DNA of 64,000 nt, taken from positions 13,830 through 77,829 of the forward strand of contig JBHGNT010000117.1 of assembly GCA_043228905.1 (NCBI GenBank), in the 5' to 3' direction. The notes under the pieces are model-generated. The model had not been told where the DNA came from and searched no databases. It was given only the letters and a program-made list of their open reading frames with translations. The stretch is from Azolla caroliniana (Eukaryota; Plantae; Polypodiophyta). Made by a program: the position numbers and the translations under genes. This document shows positions 1-13,302 of this stretch, piece by piece. Positions within the stretch are counted from its first letter, which is position 1; every line of letters begins with the position of its first letter.

Positions 1-84
1 GATGCATACTAATTATGTTTCTAACTATTCGAATCTTGCACTTGTGAATGGATGCATGCATACTAATTTTGTTTGTATTATGTT

Positions 85-1485
85 GTACTAAGTAACTTTT
101 AATCCATGTGAAGTGTTCTCCATAGACACATTGTACTATGTTGTGTTTACAGAAGGATGTAAAGTACTCATCTTGTACTCATAGTATTGTCCGTCCTTAA
201 GAGAATTGTACTAATGATCTTTTTATCCATGTGAAGTGTTCTCCATAGACACATTGTACTATGTTGTGTTTACAAAAGGATGTAAAGTACTCATCTTGTA
301 CTTAGAGTATTGTCCGTCCTTAAGAGAATTGTACTAATTATGTTTTAATCCATGTGAAGGGTTCTCCATATACACATTGTACTATGTTGTGTGTTGGTTT
401 TGTACTATGTTGGGTTTACAAAAGGATGTAAAGTACTCATCTTGTACTCATAGTATTGTCCATCCTTAAGAGAATTATACTAAGTATCGATTAATCCATG
501 TGAAGGGTTCTCCATAGACACATTGTACTATGTTGTGTGTTGGTTTTGTACTATGTTGTGTTTACAAAAGGATGTAAAGTACTCATCTTGTACTTATAGT
601 ATTGTCCGTCCTTAAGAGAATTGTACTAATTATGTTTTAATCCATGTGAAGGGTTCTCCATATACACATTGTACTATGTTGTGTGTTGTATCTGTACTAT
701 GTTGTGTTTACAAAAGGATGTAAAGTACTCATCTTGTACTTATAGTATTGTTCGTCCTTAAGAGAATTGTACTAAGTATCGATTAATCCATGTGAAGGGT
801 TCTCCATAGACACATTGTACTATGTTGTGTGTTGGTTTTGTACTATGTTGTGTTTACAAAAGGATGCAGCCCTACTCATCTTGTACTTATAGTATTGTCC
901 GTCCTTAAGAGAATTGTATTAATTATGTTTTAATCCATGTGAAGGGTTCTCCATAGACACATTGTACTATGTTGTGTGTTGGTTCTGTACTATGTTGTGT
1001 TTACAAAAGGATGTAAAGTACTCATCTTGTACTTATAGTATTGTCCGTCCTTAAGAGAATTGTACTAATTATGTTTTAATCCATGTGAAGGGTTCTCCAT
1101 AGACACATTGTACTATGTTGTGTGTTGGTTTTGTACTATGTTGTGTTTACAAAAGGATGTAAAGTACTCATCTTGTACTTATAGTATTGTCCGTCCTTAA
1201 GAGAATTGTACTAATTATGTTTTAATCCATGTGAAGGGTTCTCCATAGACACATTGTACTATGTTGTGTTTACAAAAGGATGTAAAGTACTCATCTTGTA
1301 CTTATAGTATTGTCCTTCCTTAAGAGAATTGTACTAATTATGTTTTAATCCATGTGAAGGGTTCTCCATAGACACATTGTACTATGTTGTGTGTTGTATC
1401 TGTACTATGTTGTGTTTACAGGAGGATATAAAGTACTCATCTTGTACTCATAGTATTGTCCGTCCTTAAGAGAATTGTACTAAAT
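85..1485. repeat. Tandem satellite, about 147-bp unit with shorter variants lacking about 21 bp, roughly 10 copies; lies in an intron of transposase 1
   Basis: Repeating aatccatgtgaagggttctccatagacacattgtactatg...ccttaagagaattgtactaa; the array ends about 55 bp before a cag acceptor at 1541-1543 that opens the transposase frame. Confidence 0.93.
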
Positions 1486-1543
1486 CAGTATTTACTCATG
1501 TTGTACTCATAGTATTGTACTCATCTTGTACTCACCAAAGCAG

Positions 1544-2429
1544 GTATTTCTCCTTATTCAATATTCGTATGCAATGGAATTACTTCGGGTCTGGACATGG
1601 AAAAGGAGAGCATGATGGCGCGGGGGCTGTGATCAAACGTGCCCTTACAAGTGAGCAGTTGGATAGTAATGGCGCTAAGTTACAAAATGCACATGATGTT
1701 GTGCAGTGGCTAACATGGAAGATGTCAAATGATGGTAAGAACAGATTGTTTGTTGAAGTTCGCGTTGATGAGGTCGATAGAACTAAATCATATGGTTGTA
1801 AAACCGTGAAAGGCACATGCAGCACCCATTGTGTGTTAGGGTTTAGCCGCAAGGACACAACCCAATTGTTACTCCGTAGTTTATCATGCTTTTGTTCCAT
1901 GTGTCTAGATGAAGCTTGGGATAAATGCATCAACCTATCAATCGTGGAGCCCTGGAAGCTGCAGAAGCTTGAGCCTGAACGACAAGATGATATTGAAGAG
2001 GATGTGCATTCAAACGATATTGTATACTACAACCAAAATCAAGACTTGGCAGTTTTATTGGAAGTTGGAGATCATTTTGCAGTGCTCAAATATTCTCAGA
2101 ATGAAGATTTAGAAGACTACTACATTGTGGTGTGCAAGCAAGGAAAGACATTATTGAAAGAAGTGGTGAGGGATGGTTGGGGCAACAATTTCAACGTTGG
2201 TGAGTCTGTCGTGTATGGAAACTATTATGCAAAGTTGCCGCAGTGCAAGAACACATATGCATTACTAAAAGAAGCACCCATCGCAATAATCTACGCTGAT
2301 GCCATTCTTGCGATCAAATTCAATATGACTCAAGCAAAGCACAAGGTTAAGGGATACAACACTGTCTACAAGGTCCCCCAAGAGGTTCATGAGCACATAT
2401 TAGGGGAGGTCTCTCTATTTAATGCTTGA
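1544..2429 (+). CDS. 3' exon of Sola2-like DDE transposase (element 1)
   Basis: Open frame RYFSLFNIRMQWNYFGSGHGKGEHDGAGAVIKR...SCFCSMC...; HGKGxxDGxG motif; clear paralog of 14666-17585. Confidence 0.75.
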
Positions 2430-2469
2430 AAGTCACCCTATCAATACATTGTACTAGAAAACTGAAAAA

Positions 2470-3460
2470 CATCCACTTGGAGTTCACTATTAATTTTGAT
2501 GATTGACAAATGAATTGATATATTTCGTCTTTCTTCCAAAGGGTTTATGCCTCTCAACCACTTGTACTTATCTTTCATAATATATTAGTTGTTGTCAACA
2601 GGACTTGGATTTCTTCATTGCCGATATTGCTCATGTTTCCTGATATTATTTGAGCATAGGAGTTTTGCAGAGTTGGTGTGTCCTCTGTTGGCACATAAAT
2701 CTGCTCTTCTTTTGCTACCAAGAGAAGATTGTTAGTTGAATTCATTAAAGACTTTAATATTGTAAGATTTTCTACTGTAAGTTCATTTTTCAAAGGGGGC
2801 GATGAATTCTGTGAAGACAACAATGAAAATTATTCTCTCAGAATCCTTTTTTGTTTCATGATATGTCCTGTGAAGCCATCTGAGTTTTTACTTCTTGTAT
2901 ATAAGTCCTGAATATCCAGGCTATAGATTTTAAAGTATAGACCTTCCTTTCCTTAACAAAATAATCCAACTTCTGAAACAATAATTTGTGATAGCTCAAA
3001 AAGGTAAGTGTTTCCTTACTACTGTTAGTGGATGATTCATCCTTTGGGATGATATCATCAAAATATGGCCCACATTGCTTCAACAATTTGCACACATTCT
3101 GGTTACCGTCCAAATGGGATTGATGAAATAGTCTATACTTCAGTATATCTTCAATAACACCCGATACCCGATATTTTCTGTTTCTCATCATCAACACCTA
3201 AAAACCTAAATTTTCCTAGCAAGCTAAGAAGACTTTCAAGCATTTTATCTACAATAGACTGAAAGACTTTGCGAGGATTAGGAGATGATCTCAAAAAAGA
3301 AACAAAACATTGTAAAATAAGAATACTTAGATCAAAAAGTATATTCCCATTGTTTTTGATATATGTTGATGAGCAAAATATAGAAGCAATCCTTAAACAT
3401 GAACTTGATTTCACACTGGTATAACTATTTCAGATTCATGAACTGGATTTTTTACATTGG
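2470..3460 (-). pseudogene. URB2/Npa2-like (nucleolar pre-rRNA processing factor) fragment, frameshifted, 3' part of passenger gene A
   Basis: Peptides FVSFLRSSPNPRKVFQSIVDKMLESLLSLLG, VIEDILKYRLFHQSHLDG, SYHKLLFQKLD and NNLLLVAKEEQIYVPTEDTP resemble collinear blocks of plant URB2 as I recall them; spread over three frames. Confidence 0.55.
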
Positions 3461-3543
3461 CAATTGAAACAGTATTTTGGTATCCAAATAGCTCAATTTC
3501 AGACATCACTAACAACTAAAGTTCAAGTACAATCGAAAGACAA

Positions 3544-5376
3544 TCAGGCACTAGAGGGTAACTTGGCCGATCTTGTAATGCGCTTGTTGTTGGTGCCAGA
3601 TTTTTCTAATTTTACATTCTTCTTTATCTTAAAGCCTTTAGGTATGAGCTGACTAAGTGGCACTTCATCATCAGAGGCATCAGAGACAGGCGTGGATGCG
3701 CGGGCACCTTGTACTAGTGGCAAGCTTGAGAGAGCAACTATGTTTTCTGCAACTGCAATGCTTGTACACAAATCCACAAAGGTGCTGTCGATAGACAAAT
3801 TATCACTCATCTCCTGAATGCTTGTACTCCTAGCGATCTTTATTGCCCTATCATCATCACCGATGCCTATACACTCGTTCTTATTAGACTCCTGTATGTG
3901 GACCGTGGTAGTAGTCATGGTCAACTCCTCTTGTACGATGGATGTCACCTCATTCTTAAGACAACGTTGTTCGCTCTGAGTACAATCAAGCCCACCTTCA
4001 TTAGTAACGTTGTTCGCTCTACACTCCTCATGGGATTCTGTACAATCAGGCTTATCTTCAGGGAAAGCGATGTTCTTTCCACGATCCTCATGGGCTTCAC
4101 AAGACACTACTAGCACATTCTCAGTACAATCAAGCTCCTCTTCATTACTAGCAATGTTCTTTCCATGATCCTCATGGGAATCTTTAGATAGTACTAGCAC
4201 ATTATCAGTACAATCAGTCTTCTCTTCAGCACTTGCCACATTATCAGTACAATCAGTCTTCTCTTCAGTACTTGCCATATTCTTTCCACACTCTTCATGG
4301 GCTTCAATCTTCTCTTCAGTACTTGCCATATTCTTTCCACACTCATAGGCTTCTTTAGACATAGTGTTGTTTGTACATGCCAGCTGCTCTTCACATATGA
4401 ATGCTTCGTTTTTCTCACAATCCTCATGTGTGGAAGATGTGCTTCCAGAGTCTGCCTCCTTGCAAAGGTTAATTTGATTCTGACTCTGATGGGAATCTGA
4501 TTCTGCACTTGTGCTCCATGAAGTTCCCGATTCATTTGATTGCAGTTGGGAATCAGACTGCTCTTGTAAACCTAATTAATGGGATTCCAAAGAATATTGG
4601 TATGAACTCACATACTCAAAAGTTTGCAAACAATGAACATAGGGTTTAGGGCCACATTTTTACCTAATGTTACATCGTCATACTGTACAGCCGTAGATAC
4701 CCCATTGCAAGTGGTGGGCTCGGTCATCTTCTCCACAACATCTAGGTGCTCAACAGTGTTGTTATGATCTATAATAACAACAAAAATAGAGTTGTTATGA
4801 GCTAAATCATTGTTTTCAAAGTCTGGCTTTTGACGTGTACCTGGGAGTGTGATAAATTCGTCTTCATGATCAGGTTTTGGACTCGTATCTCCGTCACCAA
4901 ATATCATTTCATCATCAGCTAGTAACACAAGTACATGGTATTAGACAATGGATTAGGTTGACAATGCTCCAGACAGGTGAGAACTTATATGACTCACCAT
5001 TGCATTCAACTTTGCCTTTCTTGCCGTTTCCATACAACATTCTTGCAGCATTTCTCTTCTTACTGGGCTCTATTTGTAAAGAAACTGCATTTCTCTTCTT
5101 AGTGGGCTCTATTTCTTGATGTTGACCGGAGCTTGGGGAATTTGTTTGTAGAAGCATATGTTCCACTGCTCCAATGGCCCTTCTCATACATTCATCCTCA
5201 TCATAAAAATCATAGGTTATTGGTAATGATGGTCCTTGAACCTTGGAATGTGCAGCAGATATTGAGGGTTTAGGCACAGGGGCTGGTTGTTCCATTACCT
5301 TCCCTGGCGTGGAGTTGCTTGACACTACAACATTCATTGCAAGAAACAAAAAAACCTTGAATGTTAGTACCATCAT
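3544..5376 (-). pseudogene. Passenger gene A, acidic low-complexity region with internal repeats (ASTEEKTDCTDNV-type)
   Basis: Consecutive minus-strand ORFs 4915-5376, 4608-4928 and 3544-4362; tandem coding repeats at about 3980-4350. Confidence 0.5.
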
Positions 5377-5424
5377 CTAAAATATATAATGTAGGTCACA
5401 AGAGCTGCTTCCCATTTTACACAA

Positions 5425-5908
5425 TGTACCAGTCATGAACAATGTACTACTCACATAGTTCCTAAATTACTGAACTAGTACTAACAAGGAACACTGTACT
5501 GCTCACTTAGTTCCCAATTTACACGATTAGTACTAATCATGCACAATATACACAAGTAGTACTAATCATGCACAATATACTACTCACTTAGTTACCAAAT
5601 TACACAAGTACTAATCCCGAAAAATGTACCACTGACTTAGTCAAATTAATAAGTAGTACTAATCTTGAACAATGTACTACTCACTTATTTCCTAAATCAC
5701 TGAACTAGTACTAATCCCGAACAATGTACTGCTCACTTAGTTCCCAATTTACACAAGTAGTACTAATCATGCACAATATACTACTCACTTAGTTACCAAA
5801 TTACACAAGGAGTACTAATCCCGAACAACGTAATGCTCACTTAGTTCCCAATTTACACAAGTAGTACTAATCATGCACAATATACTACTCACTTAGTTAG
5901 CAAATTAC
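5425..5908. repeat. Minisatellite, about 45-52-bp unit with AGTACT core; probable intron of gene A
   Basis: Repeats of tagtactaatcatgcacaatatactactcacttagtt.ccaaattacacaag. Confidence 0.88.
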
Positions 5909-8900
5909 ACACTCTGTTGACCAGTTGCAGGTCTTGAATGAAGCGCAACGTCCCGTTCTTCTTTGGTACGGTAAACCACCGGTTCGAGTACGGGGCACTC
6001 GACGGTTCGAGGATGCCCATATCGACTTTCTGCCTCAACAGCTCCATCAGCTTTGGGATGTGAGCTCTCGGTACCGGGATTGGTTTGAGATTCCACGACA
6101 CATGCGGTACCGTGAATAGCACCATCAGCTTCACGACTGTCGGGTCTACGTAGCCGATCTCTTCCGGTGAGAATGCGAAGGCTTTCCCGTGCCTTCCGAG
6201 CATTCTCCGAAACCGGTCTTCTTCCGCCGGCAGTAGGAACCCGCCCCCACCGATTTTGAGCTCCCATAGCGTTCTGTCGGTGAAGGTGTGTCCTATGCAG
6301 GCCGGATCTCGTAAACTGGGGTCCGACGCGACCCCCTTGATTCGCAACTCGCTGCCCTCCGGTAAGGGTGTCGCGACTGGCCTTACCTTCCGTTCCACAG
6401 TCTTGTACTTCGTGTTAACCCGGGCCGTTCGATCCGACTCGAGCCCTCGACTGAAGTCCGCGATGACTTCGTACATCTCTTCTGAACAAACCGGTATCGT
6501 CCGGTCCTCTTTAAGGCCCTCTCCGAGCACCTCTCGTAGTATTCCCAAGGTATTGTCGAAGGAGACCGCCTCTACAGCTCCGTTGATTTCCTTGTTGGGC
6601 CCGAGAACTCCGCACGCCCGAAGTCACTCTTCCGCCCTTGTCTTTTCTTGGCCAACGACGCCAATTATCGTACACCCTCCGTTGTCGGAGAAACAAAACT
6701 TCCTACTTATGGTACCAGGTTTCTTCGGTTTCGCCTCTATCGTACATTTGTGGGGTTTTCCCGGAGTGTCCGGACTATCGCGGCCCCACGCCTTGACAGC
6801 CCTCTCTAAAAATCCTCTCGGTTCTCGCCACCGAGGGACTCGCGGTTTCGCTCGTGGTTCAGTCGCACCGTCAGGAACTGGACCGAATGACGCCCGTCCT
6901 GACTCTTGACCCTTGCATAAGCTGACCCTTTGTCTAGCACCTTGGTCTCCATCCGTGCTGCTGTAATGTACGGTTCTCCCAGTATGACCGGGTGCGAGGA
7001 TGTCTCCTGCACAAAGAAGTGCTGGTCTATCTCGACGTCGCTGATCTTGACTCGCACATTTGGGCAGGCCCCGTGTAGTTCCTCGGTGGTGCGCATCGCC
7101 GCCCGTATCTTCCACCCGTGCTTGGTGTTGATCGGCCATTTCCCCTTCTTGTAGAAGTCCATGGACATCAGGTTTATTTCTGAACCATGGTCCACCAGCG
7201 CCACCACCGGTTCCTGAACATCTCCGATCTTCACCGGGGTTTCCTGGTCGCTCGGGCCCAGTGTGACCTCGAATAGTGGCTCTCCGCCCACTCATCTTCC
7301 AGCGCCATGTCCTCTATGTGCGTCGTCCGCACCTCCACCGGCCTTTCCGGTTCTATCTCCGTCGACAGCCTCTTCCTCTTCACCAAGTCTACGATGGAGT
7401 CATGGAACTCCTTCTTGGCTATTCCGAGCACCTCATGCAACGACAGTTCCACCTTGCTGTCGAGGATTCGTTCTTCCAGGACCTTTTGTAGGTCCGTGGT
7501 CCTTTCGATCTCCGTGCCCAACCAGTATCCGCCCTTCTTGTGGTTATCCCGGGCACTGGTCTCACCGGCCTCGTTCTGTTTCGGCCCGAATCGGGTTTCG
7601 TATCTCTGTGAGGGTCCGGCCCCTCCGCTTTTACCTACCCTTTTGTCTTCAACCAGAGCCTCGTAATTCTGGCAAGCTGCTTCGACGAAACCCGTCTTTT
7701 CTTTGACCGGGTCACTCCACCCGGTTACCTCCTGGACCCGCTTCTCCGCGCCGTCCGCCTCGTCTTTCCTTAGTCGGGCACCGGCAAGGCCTTCCAGCAT
7801 CGTCGGCCAGAACCCGGCTTTGCTCTCCTTCCGGGCCTCGTTGCCTCCGACCCGAATACCGGTTGACGCCGAGTAGTGGACGGTCTCCGCGTGTCGGGCC
7901 GCCGCCTCTTCCATCAGCCTTTACATTCCTCCTCGCCCATCGTTTCGGTTCAGGGCCCTCCGGGTATCGCTGGCATGCACCCGACCTTCCCACAGGTACA
8001 CTACCCAGCTTCTCAAGGCCTCCGCAAAGTCCCCGCAATCTTTCCGGATGTGGCCGACCTCGTCGCACCACATGCACCTATTTCCTGCCGGAGGCCGTCG
8101 GTCACGAGCCTGTTCGCCGCATTCCCTCCGAGCCTGGGCGATCTGGAGATCCTTTACCGCCCGTGTCAACTCCTCCGGACGAGTTGTTCCCCCGGACGAG
8201 CCTCTGACCACGCCGGTCGAAGCCGAACCGGTTTCGAGCCACTCCCAGGTCTCTTCCCTTCGTGCCTGTGGTATCGGTTCGAGCTTCCTTGCTGCGACAG
8301 GACCCGCCTTGGTCGCCCCTGTATCAACCCACTCCCACCGTTTGTCAAAATGGCCGCAAACTCTTTTTACCGCGGCCCAGTCGGCCGTCAGCCCGTCTTC
8401 GGTTTCCAGTAAGGAGCCCACTTGCTCCCAATCCCGTGCGTCAACCGATTTGACAAACAGTAGGACACGACTTGTGTCTAGAACGGTCCGATCGAGCGCC
8501 GAAAGGCCCGCAAAGCGTTCCTCAAACTCTTGGAGGAGTACCGACGCATTTCTTCCTTTGTTGGGGGACTCCACCCACTCCATGAAGCCCCGCTTCGAAA
8601 GCTGAAGCGCGTCATCCAGCCCGTATTTCTCCAGGAGCTGTACTTCGAACTCTTCCCAGGTTCGGCTCTCCGCCCGGACCTCGAGCACCTCCGCATGGAT
8701 GCCCGGCATCACCACTCGAGGGAATCCGGCAAGACACCTCTCTTCGGGAATATCCCTCATCAACATCTCCGCCCGGTAGGACGCCAAATAACTCGTGGCA
8801 TCCTTTCCACTGAACCGGCCGATCGTACCGACGATCACCTCAATAGCCCTGTCAAGGGCGTCGGTGCCCTCGCGCGCGCTCACTATCCGGTCCACGACCG

Positions 8901-9200
8901 AAGCCATGGCCTCTGCAAGATCCGACCCGCTCATCTTCTGCTCCTCTACCGCCTTATTCACATCGGGTTCACCAAAGATGTCGCGTTACTACGCGCGTGC
9001 GTGGAGAAACGAGGCGGGACCACCGGGGTCTTGAACCAAAGAGCAGGTGATAGAAGGGGAAAGAGAAAGAGAGAGACGCTTGGTTACGTATGAGCAAAGA
9101 AACACAGGGACACGGCCCTGTCAACACAGAAGACACGGCCCTGTCAACACAGAAGACACGAATGGACACAGAGACAGAGAGGGGTAAAAACATGCGAGTG
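5909..9200 (-). mobile_element. Truncated Ty3/Gypsy internal fragment (gag with CCHC knuckle, protease, start of RT); no LTRs
   Basis: CMWCDEVGHIRKDC; VALVDHGSEINLM; PYSNRWFTVPKKNGTLRFIQDLQ; premature stop at 7921 and frameshifts. Confidence 0.9.
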
Positions 9201-9734
9201 GAAACACTATTATAGCTAATTAGCTACTAAAATGGCCATAGCTAATTAGCTATTTGTTTAGCTAGTCTTTTTTGTGGGAAAATCAAATATTTGAAAAACT
9301 AATTTATGAAAAAAGTCAAATATTTGAACTTTTGTTTCAGACATAGTGGAACTTGGGGAATTGCACCATCATCTAAGGTCGACTTCAATGTCATCAATTT
9401 CCTGTTTAGCCTAAGTCTGATTTTGAACGCGGATGGAGTACTCAGAGCACGAACGCAGACGTAGCTCCCACAACAGCAGAAAATTGACATTGTAGATTGA
9501 GAGCTACAACACAGAACCCGCTCGATCATCGTCCAGGTATGTTTCAGTTACAGAAACCCCAAACATTTGTTTTTTCTTTTTTACTACTGTCTGAACTTTG
9601 GTGCTGATTCATATTTCCCCAAAATCGAATAGGGCGAAGTCCTTGGAGTCCCATACAAGGATGTCTCGCAAATCGGGGAGTAGCAACAGGTGTGTTTATA
9701 TTACTTTTTTTGTGTTTAATCCTGTCTTTAGTGA

Positions 9735-10210
9735 TGATTGGGGTTTTTGATTGAAATTTCTGATTAGGGTTTTTGTTTATAAATTTCTGATTAGAATTTC
9801 TTATTAGGGTTTGTGATTGAAAGTTCTGATTAGGGTTTCTGATTGAAATTTCTGATTAGGGTTTTTGATTCTAAATTTCTGATTAGAATTTATGAATAGG
9901 GTTTCTGGTTACAAATTTTGATTATAGATTAGAATTTCTGAATAGGGTTTTTGTTTCTAAATTTCTATTTAGGATTTCTGATTAGGGTTTGTGATTGAAA
10001 TTTTTTATTAGGGTTTCTAATTGAAATTTCTGATTAGGGTTTTTGATTATAAATTTCTGATTAGAAATTCTGAATAAGGTTTTTGGTTACAAACTTCTGA
10101 TTACAGATTTTGATTAGGGTTTCTGATTTCAAACTTCTGATTACAGATTTTGATTAGGGTTTCTGATTTCAAATTTCTGAATACAAATTATGATTAGGGT
10201 TTCTGATTTG
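9735..10210. repeat. Degenerate telo-box-containing minisatellite (ttctgattagggttt) in an intron of gene B
   Basis: Many copies of gattagggttt interspersed with gaaatttct. Confidence 0.85.
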
Positions 10211-11649
10211 CTAAGTTAAAGATTTTGCACCATTTTTGTTGTTGTTGATTGGGGTTTCTGATTCTCATATATTCTGATTTTGCACTATTTCTGATTTCTG
10301 AAATGATATTTCAGATGGCTCGTTCCTCCGTATACGAGAGTGCTAAACTTCGCAAAATTTTGCGAGACAAAGGAGGACTTCCACAACACCTATGGTCTGT
10401 CACTCGAGGGTGTTGACCCTGATGTCCTAAGTGATAAATTGATCAGTGATGTAGACTGGATGATAGTATATACAGTGCCTAGAGTCAAAGGCAAGGTCAA
10501 GCTGAAGCATGTACGAGCCGACTTGTACGATGACTGCATGAGACTGCACCAAAAAGCTCATCAGGAGATCCCAGTCAACAATGAGTTGTTAGTTTCATTT
10601 GCTAGAGCATTTGCATATGAGTACTGCAAAACAGCGAAGGAATCCAGAGACCCTGAAATGTATAGGGTAGCTTGGGCAGTCTATGGTGAGGCATCGGTAA
10701 AAAGATGCCGAAAGATGGGGACCTTGGCACAAAAAATAGACAGATTTTGGAGCATGGCAGCTGTTGATGCAACTGTCGACTCCCAGCAAGACCGGGGGCA
10801 TACACCACATCGACACCCAAGGAAAGCCAATGTCGATGATACAGGTGAGACATTGGTTAGCTATATGCTAAAAAATGTCCATGAAGCCTGTGAGACATTG
10901 GCATTTTTTAAGACTGATTTAGAGAAAGCGACAATGGCTTCTGCAATGGAGAGCAAAGTTACTTCCGTTGTTACAACAATTAGAAATAAGATTCAGGTAA
11001 CTATTGTTTTGCTGGTATGTGATTGTGTTATAAATAACGGGTAAAATGTGCTAATCAAGCATTATCTGGAATAGGTTGCGCAACAGGAGCTTGAATTAGA
11101 GGGGCCACTGGATCCCTAGCGTAAAATAGAACTGCAAATAGAGATCCAGGTTCTTTCAATGAACCTGGACCTTCTAGGTGTAAATACTGTTGCAGGTTAC
11201 AATTTAGATAAGCTTCAAGTAAGTTAACAATTCCTGAGCAAAGTTGGTGTATCTTTCAACAACAAGAATAATTAATCGGTAAATTTCTCTATTGCGTTGA
11301 AGGAACAATACATTCATCAAGAACAGGTAGTTAGCTGCCTTAAGAAGCAGCTACATTTTGTGGAGGGAATGGTAAGGACCAGACAGGATTTGGACCTGAA
11401 CATTCTTGCTCCCTTACCAAATGAAGTAGAACCAGAAAATGATTTATTGACAGTTCAAGCATGTTGCATCGCTTGCGGGTTAGGTGTGGAGGACAAAACT
11501 GCGTCTTTGTTGGTTCACCTACAACCATGCAACCACACATACCATCTGCTTTGTTTTCAACATGCCTGTCGAATTGCTGCATTCTGTTTGGGAGATTGTA
11601 GTACAGCTCTACCAAATGAGTGGAGAAAACTAACAGGTATACCATACTG

Positions 11650-12500
11650 TAGCTAATAAGCTTAGTCTTTTCTAATTAGCTATCCTACTAGCTAATTAGC
11701 TATTCTAGTAGCTAATTAGCTATGGTACTAGCTAATTAGCTAGTACCATAGTTGTGTAAAAAAGCTAATTAGCTATCCTACTAGCTAATTAGCCACTGGC
11801 AACTAATTAGCTATCCTAGTAACTAATTAGCTACTGCCATAGTTGTGTAAAGTAGATAATAAGCTATCATAGTAGCTAATTAGCTACTAGCAGCTAATTA
11901 GCTATCCTAGTAGCTAATTAGCTAGTACCATAGTTGTGTAAAAAAGCTAATTAGCTACTGGCAACTAATTAGCTATCCTAGTAGCTAATTAGCTACTGGC
12001 AACTAATTAGCTATCCTAGTAGCTAATTAGCTACTGGCAACTAATTAGCTATCCTACTAGCTAATTAGCTATCATAGTAGCTAATTAGCTACTGCCATAG
12101 CTGTGTAAAGTAGCTAATAAGCTATCCTAGTAGCTAATTAGCTACTGGCAGCTAATTAGCTATCCTAGTAGCTAATAAGCTATCCTAGCTACTACATAGT
12201 TGAGAAAGTAGCTAATTAGTTTTCATTGTAGCTAATTAGCTATCCTACTAGCTAATTAGCTATCCTAGCTACTACCATAGTTAGTAAAGTAGCTAATTAG
12301 GTATCCTAGCTACTACCATAGTTAGTAAAGTAGCTAATTGGCTATCCTAGCTACTACCATAGTTGAGTAAAGTAGCTAATTAGCTATCCTAGCTACTACC
12401 ATAGTTGAGTAAAGTAGCTAATTAGCTATCGTACTAGCTAATTAGCTATCCTAGCTTCTACCATAGTTTAGTAAAGTAGCTAATTAGCTATCCTAAATAG
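11650..12500. repeat. Palindromic TAGCTAATTAGCTA minisatellite (intron of gene B)
   Basis: Dozens of copies of the 14-bp perfect palindrome with short spacers, between donor 11637 and acceptor 12517. Confidence 0.95.
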
Positions 12501-13302
12501 CTGCCATGTTATTGTAGAATCTTGTGGATTAAGGACGGCACATGATGTGTCTGGTGCTGATGACGCTGCAACAGATGAGGATACTACTGCCAACGTGGCT
12601 AAAAGTAAGAGTCCTGCTATCACATCTCCTTCAGATCAGCTCCACCCTATTCTCTTGGAACAGTGTACTGAATTAGGCAACGATGTGAAATGCCATGAAA
12701 TAGTGGAAAAAACATGTAAAACTGAGGTTCACAACAACAGTGTTTATGAACACTTGATGCAACATTTCTTCGAGTCTCAAGACCTTGATTCCACCCCACC
12801 GAGCCCAACTACTGAAAATGTCCAAACAGACCCCTCTGTACTTGAAAAGCTAGTTCAAGAAATGACTAATGTGCAATTAGCTGCTGAGGCGATGGGAAGG
12901 TTGTCAGAGGAGGACACACTTGCGCATTGGGTGAAAGAAGCAAGGCTAAATGGGGAACCAACCAGAAAAAGGTTGAAGAAGGGGCCACGATCGGGAACAA
13001 GACCAGATACTCGATCAAGGGTCCCAGACGTAGTGGAGCGAAATACTGTTTAGTTGGATATGATTGTTAGCTTAGGGATTTTTCTAGGGTTTTATGAAGT
13101 TTTACTATCCTGTTGGACAAGTAAAACCTCAGATTGGTTGTTGCTTGATCCACATTATGTAATGGAACTCTATGATGTTTTTCCAAGATAATTTGAAGAG
13201 TGTTGTTCTATGATTGAAACTCTTTGATGTTCAGGATATTGTTTTGTGAGACTATTAGTTACTTTGTGAGTGTGAATATGTTGGTGTTTTCTGATGTTGC
13301 AG

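Larger units (their letters stand above)
9661..13053 (+). pseudogene. Spliced passenger gene B of element 2 with a RING-like domain; coding exons 9661-9689, 10315-10996, 11075-11218, 11303-11636, 12518-13053
   Basis: GT-AG junctions keep frame (MSRKSGSSNR/WLVPPYTRVLNF...KIQ/VAQQEL...KLQ/EQYIH...LT/ESCGLRTAHDVSG); CxxC...CxHxxHxxC...CxxxC at about 11460-11600; one in-frame TAG at 11117-11119. Confidence 0.7.

Noticed and set aside
9205-9215. CACTA pentamer as a CACTA-transposon terminus
   Set aside because: No matching TAGTG terminus or TIR found and no Tnp2 motifs in the transposase; probably chance
9735-10210. Interstitial telomere or chromosome fusion site
   Set aside because: No contiguous TTTAGGG array; motifs are embedded in a longer unit within an intron
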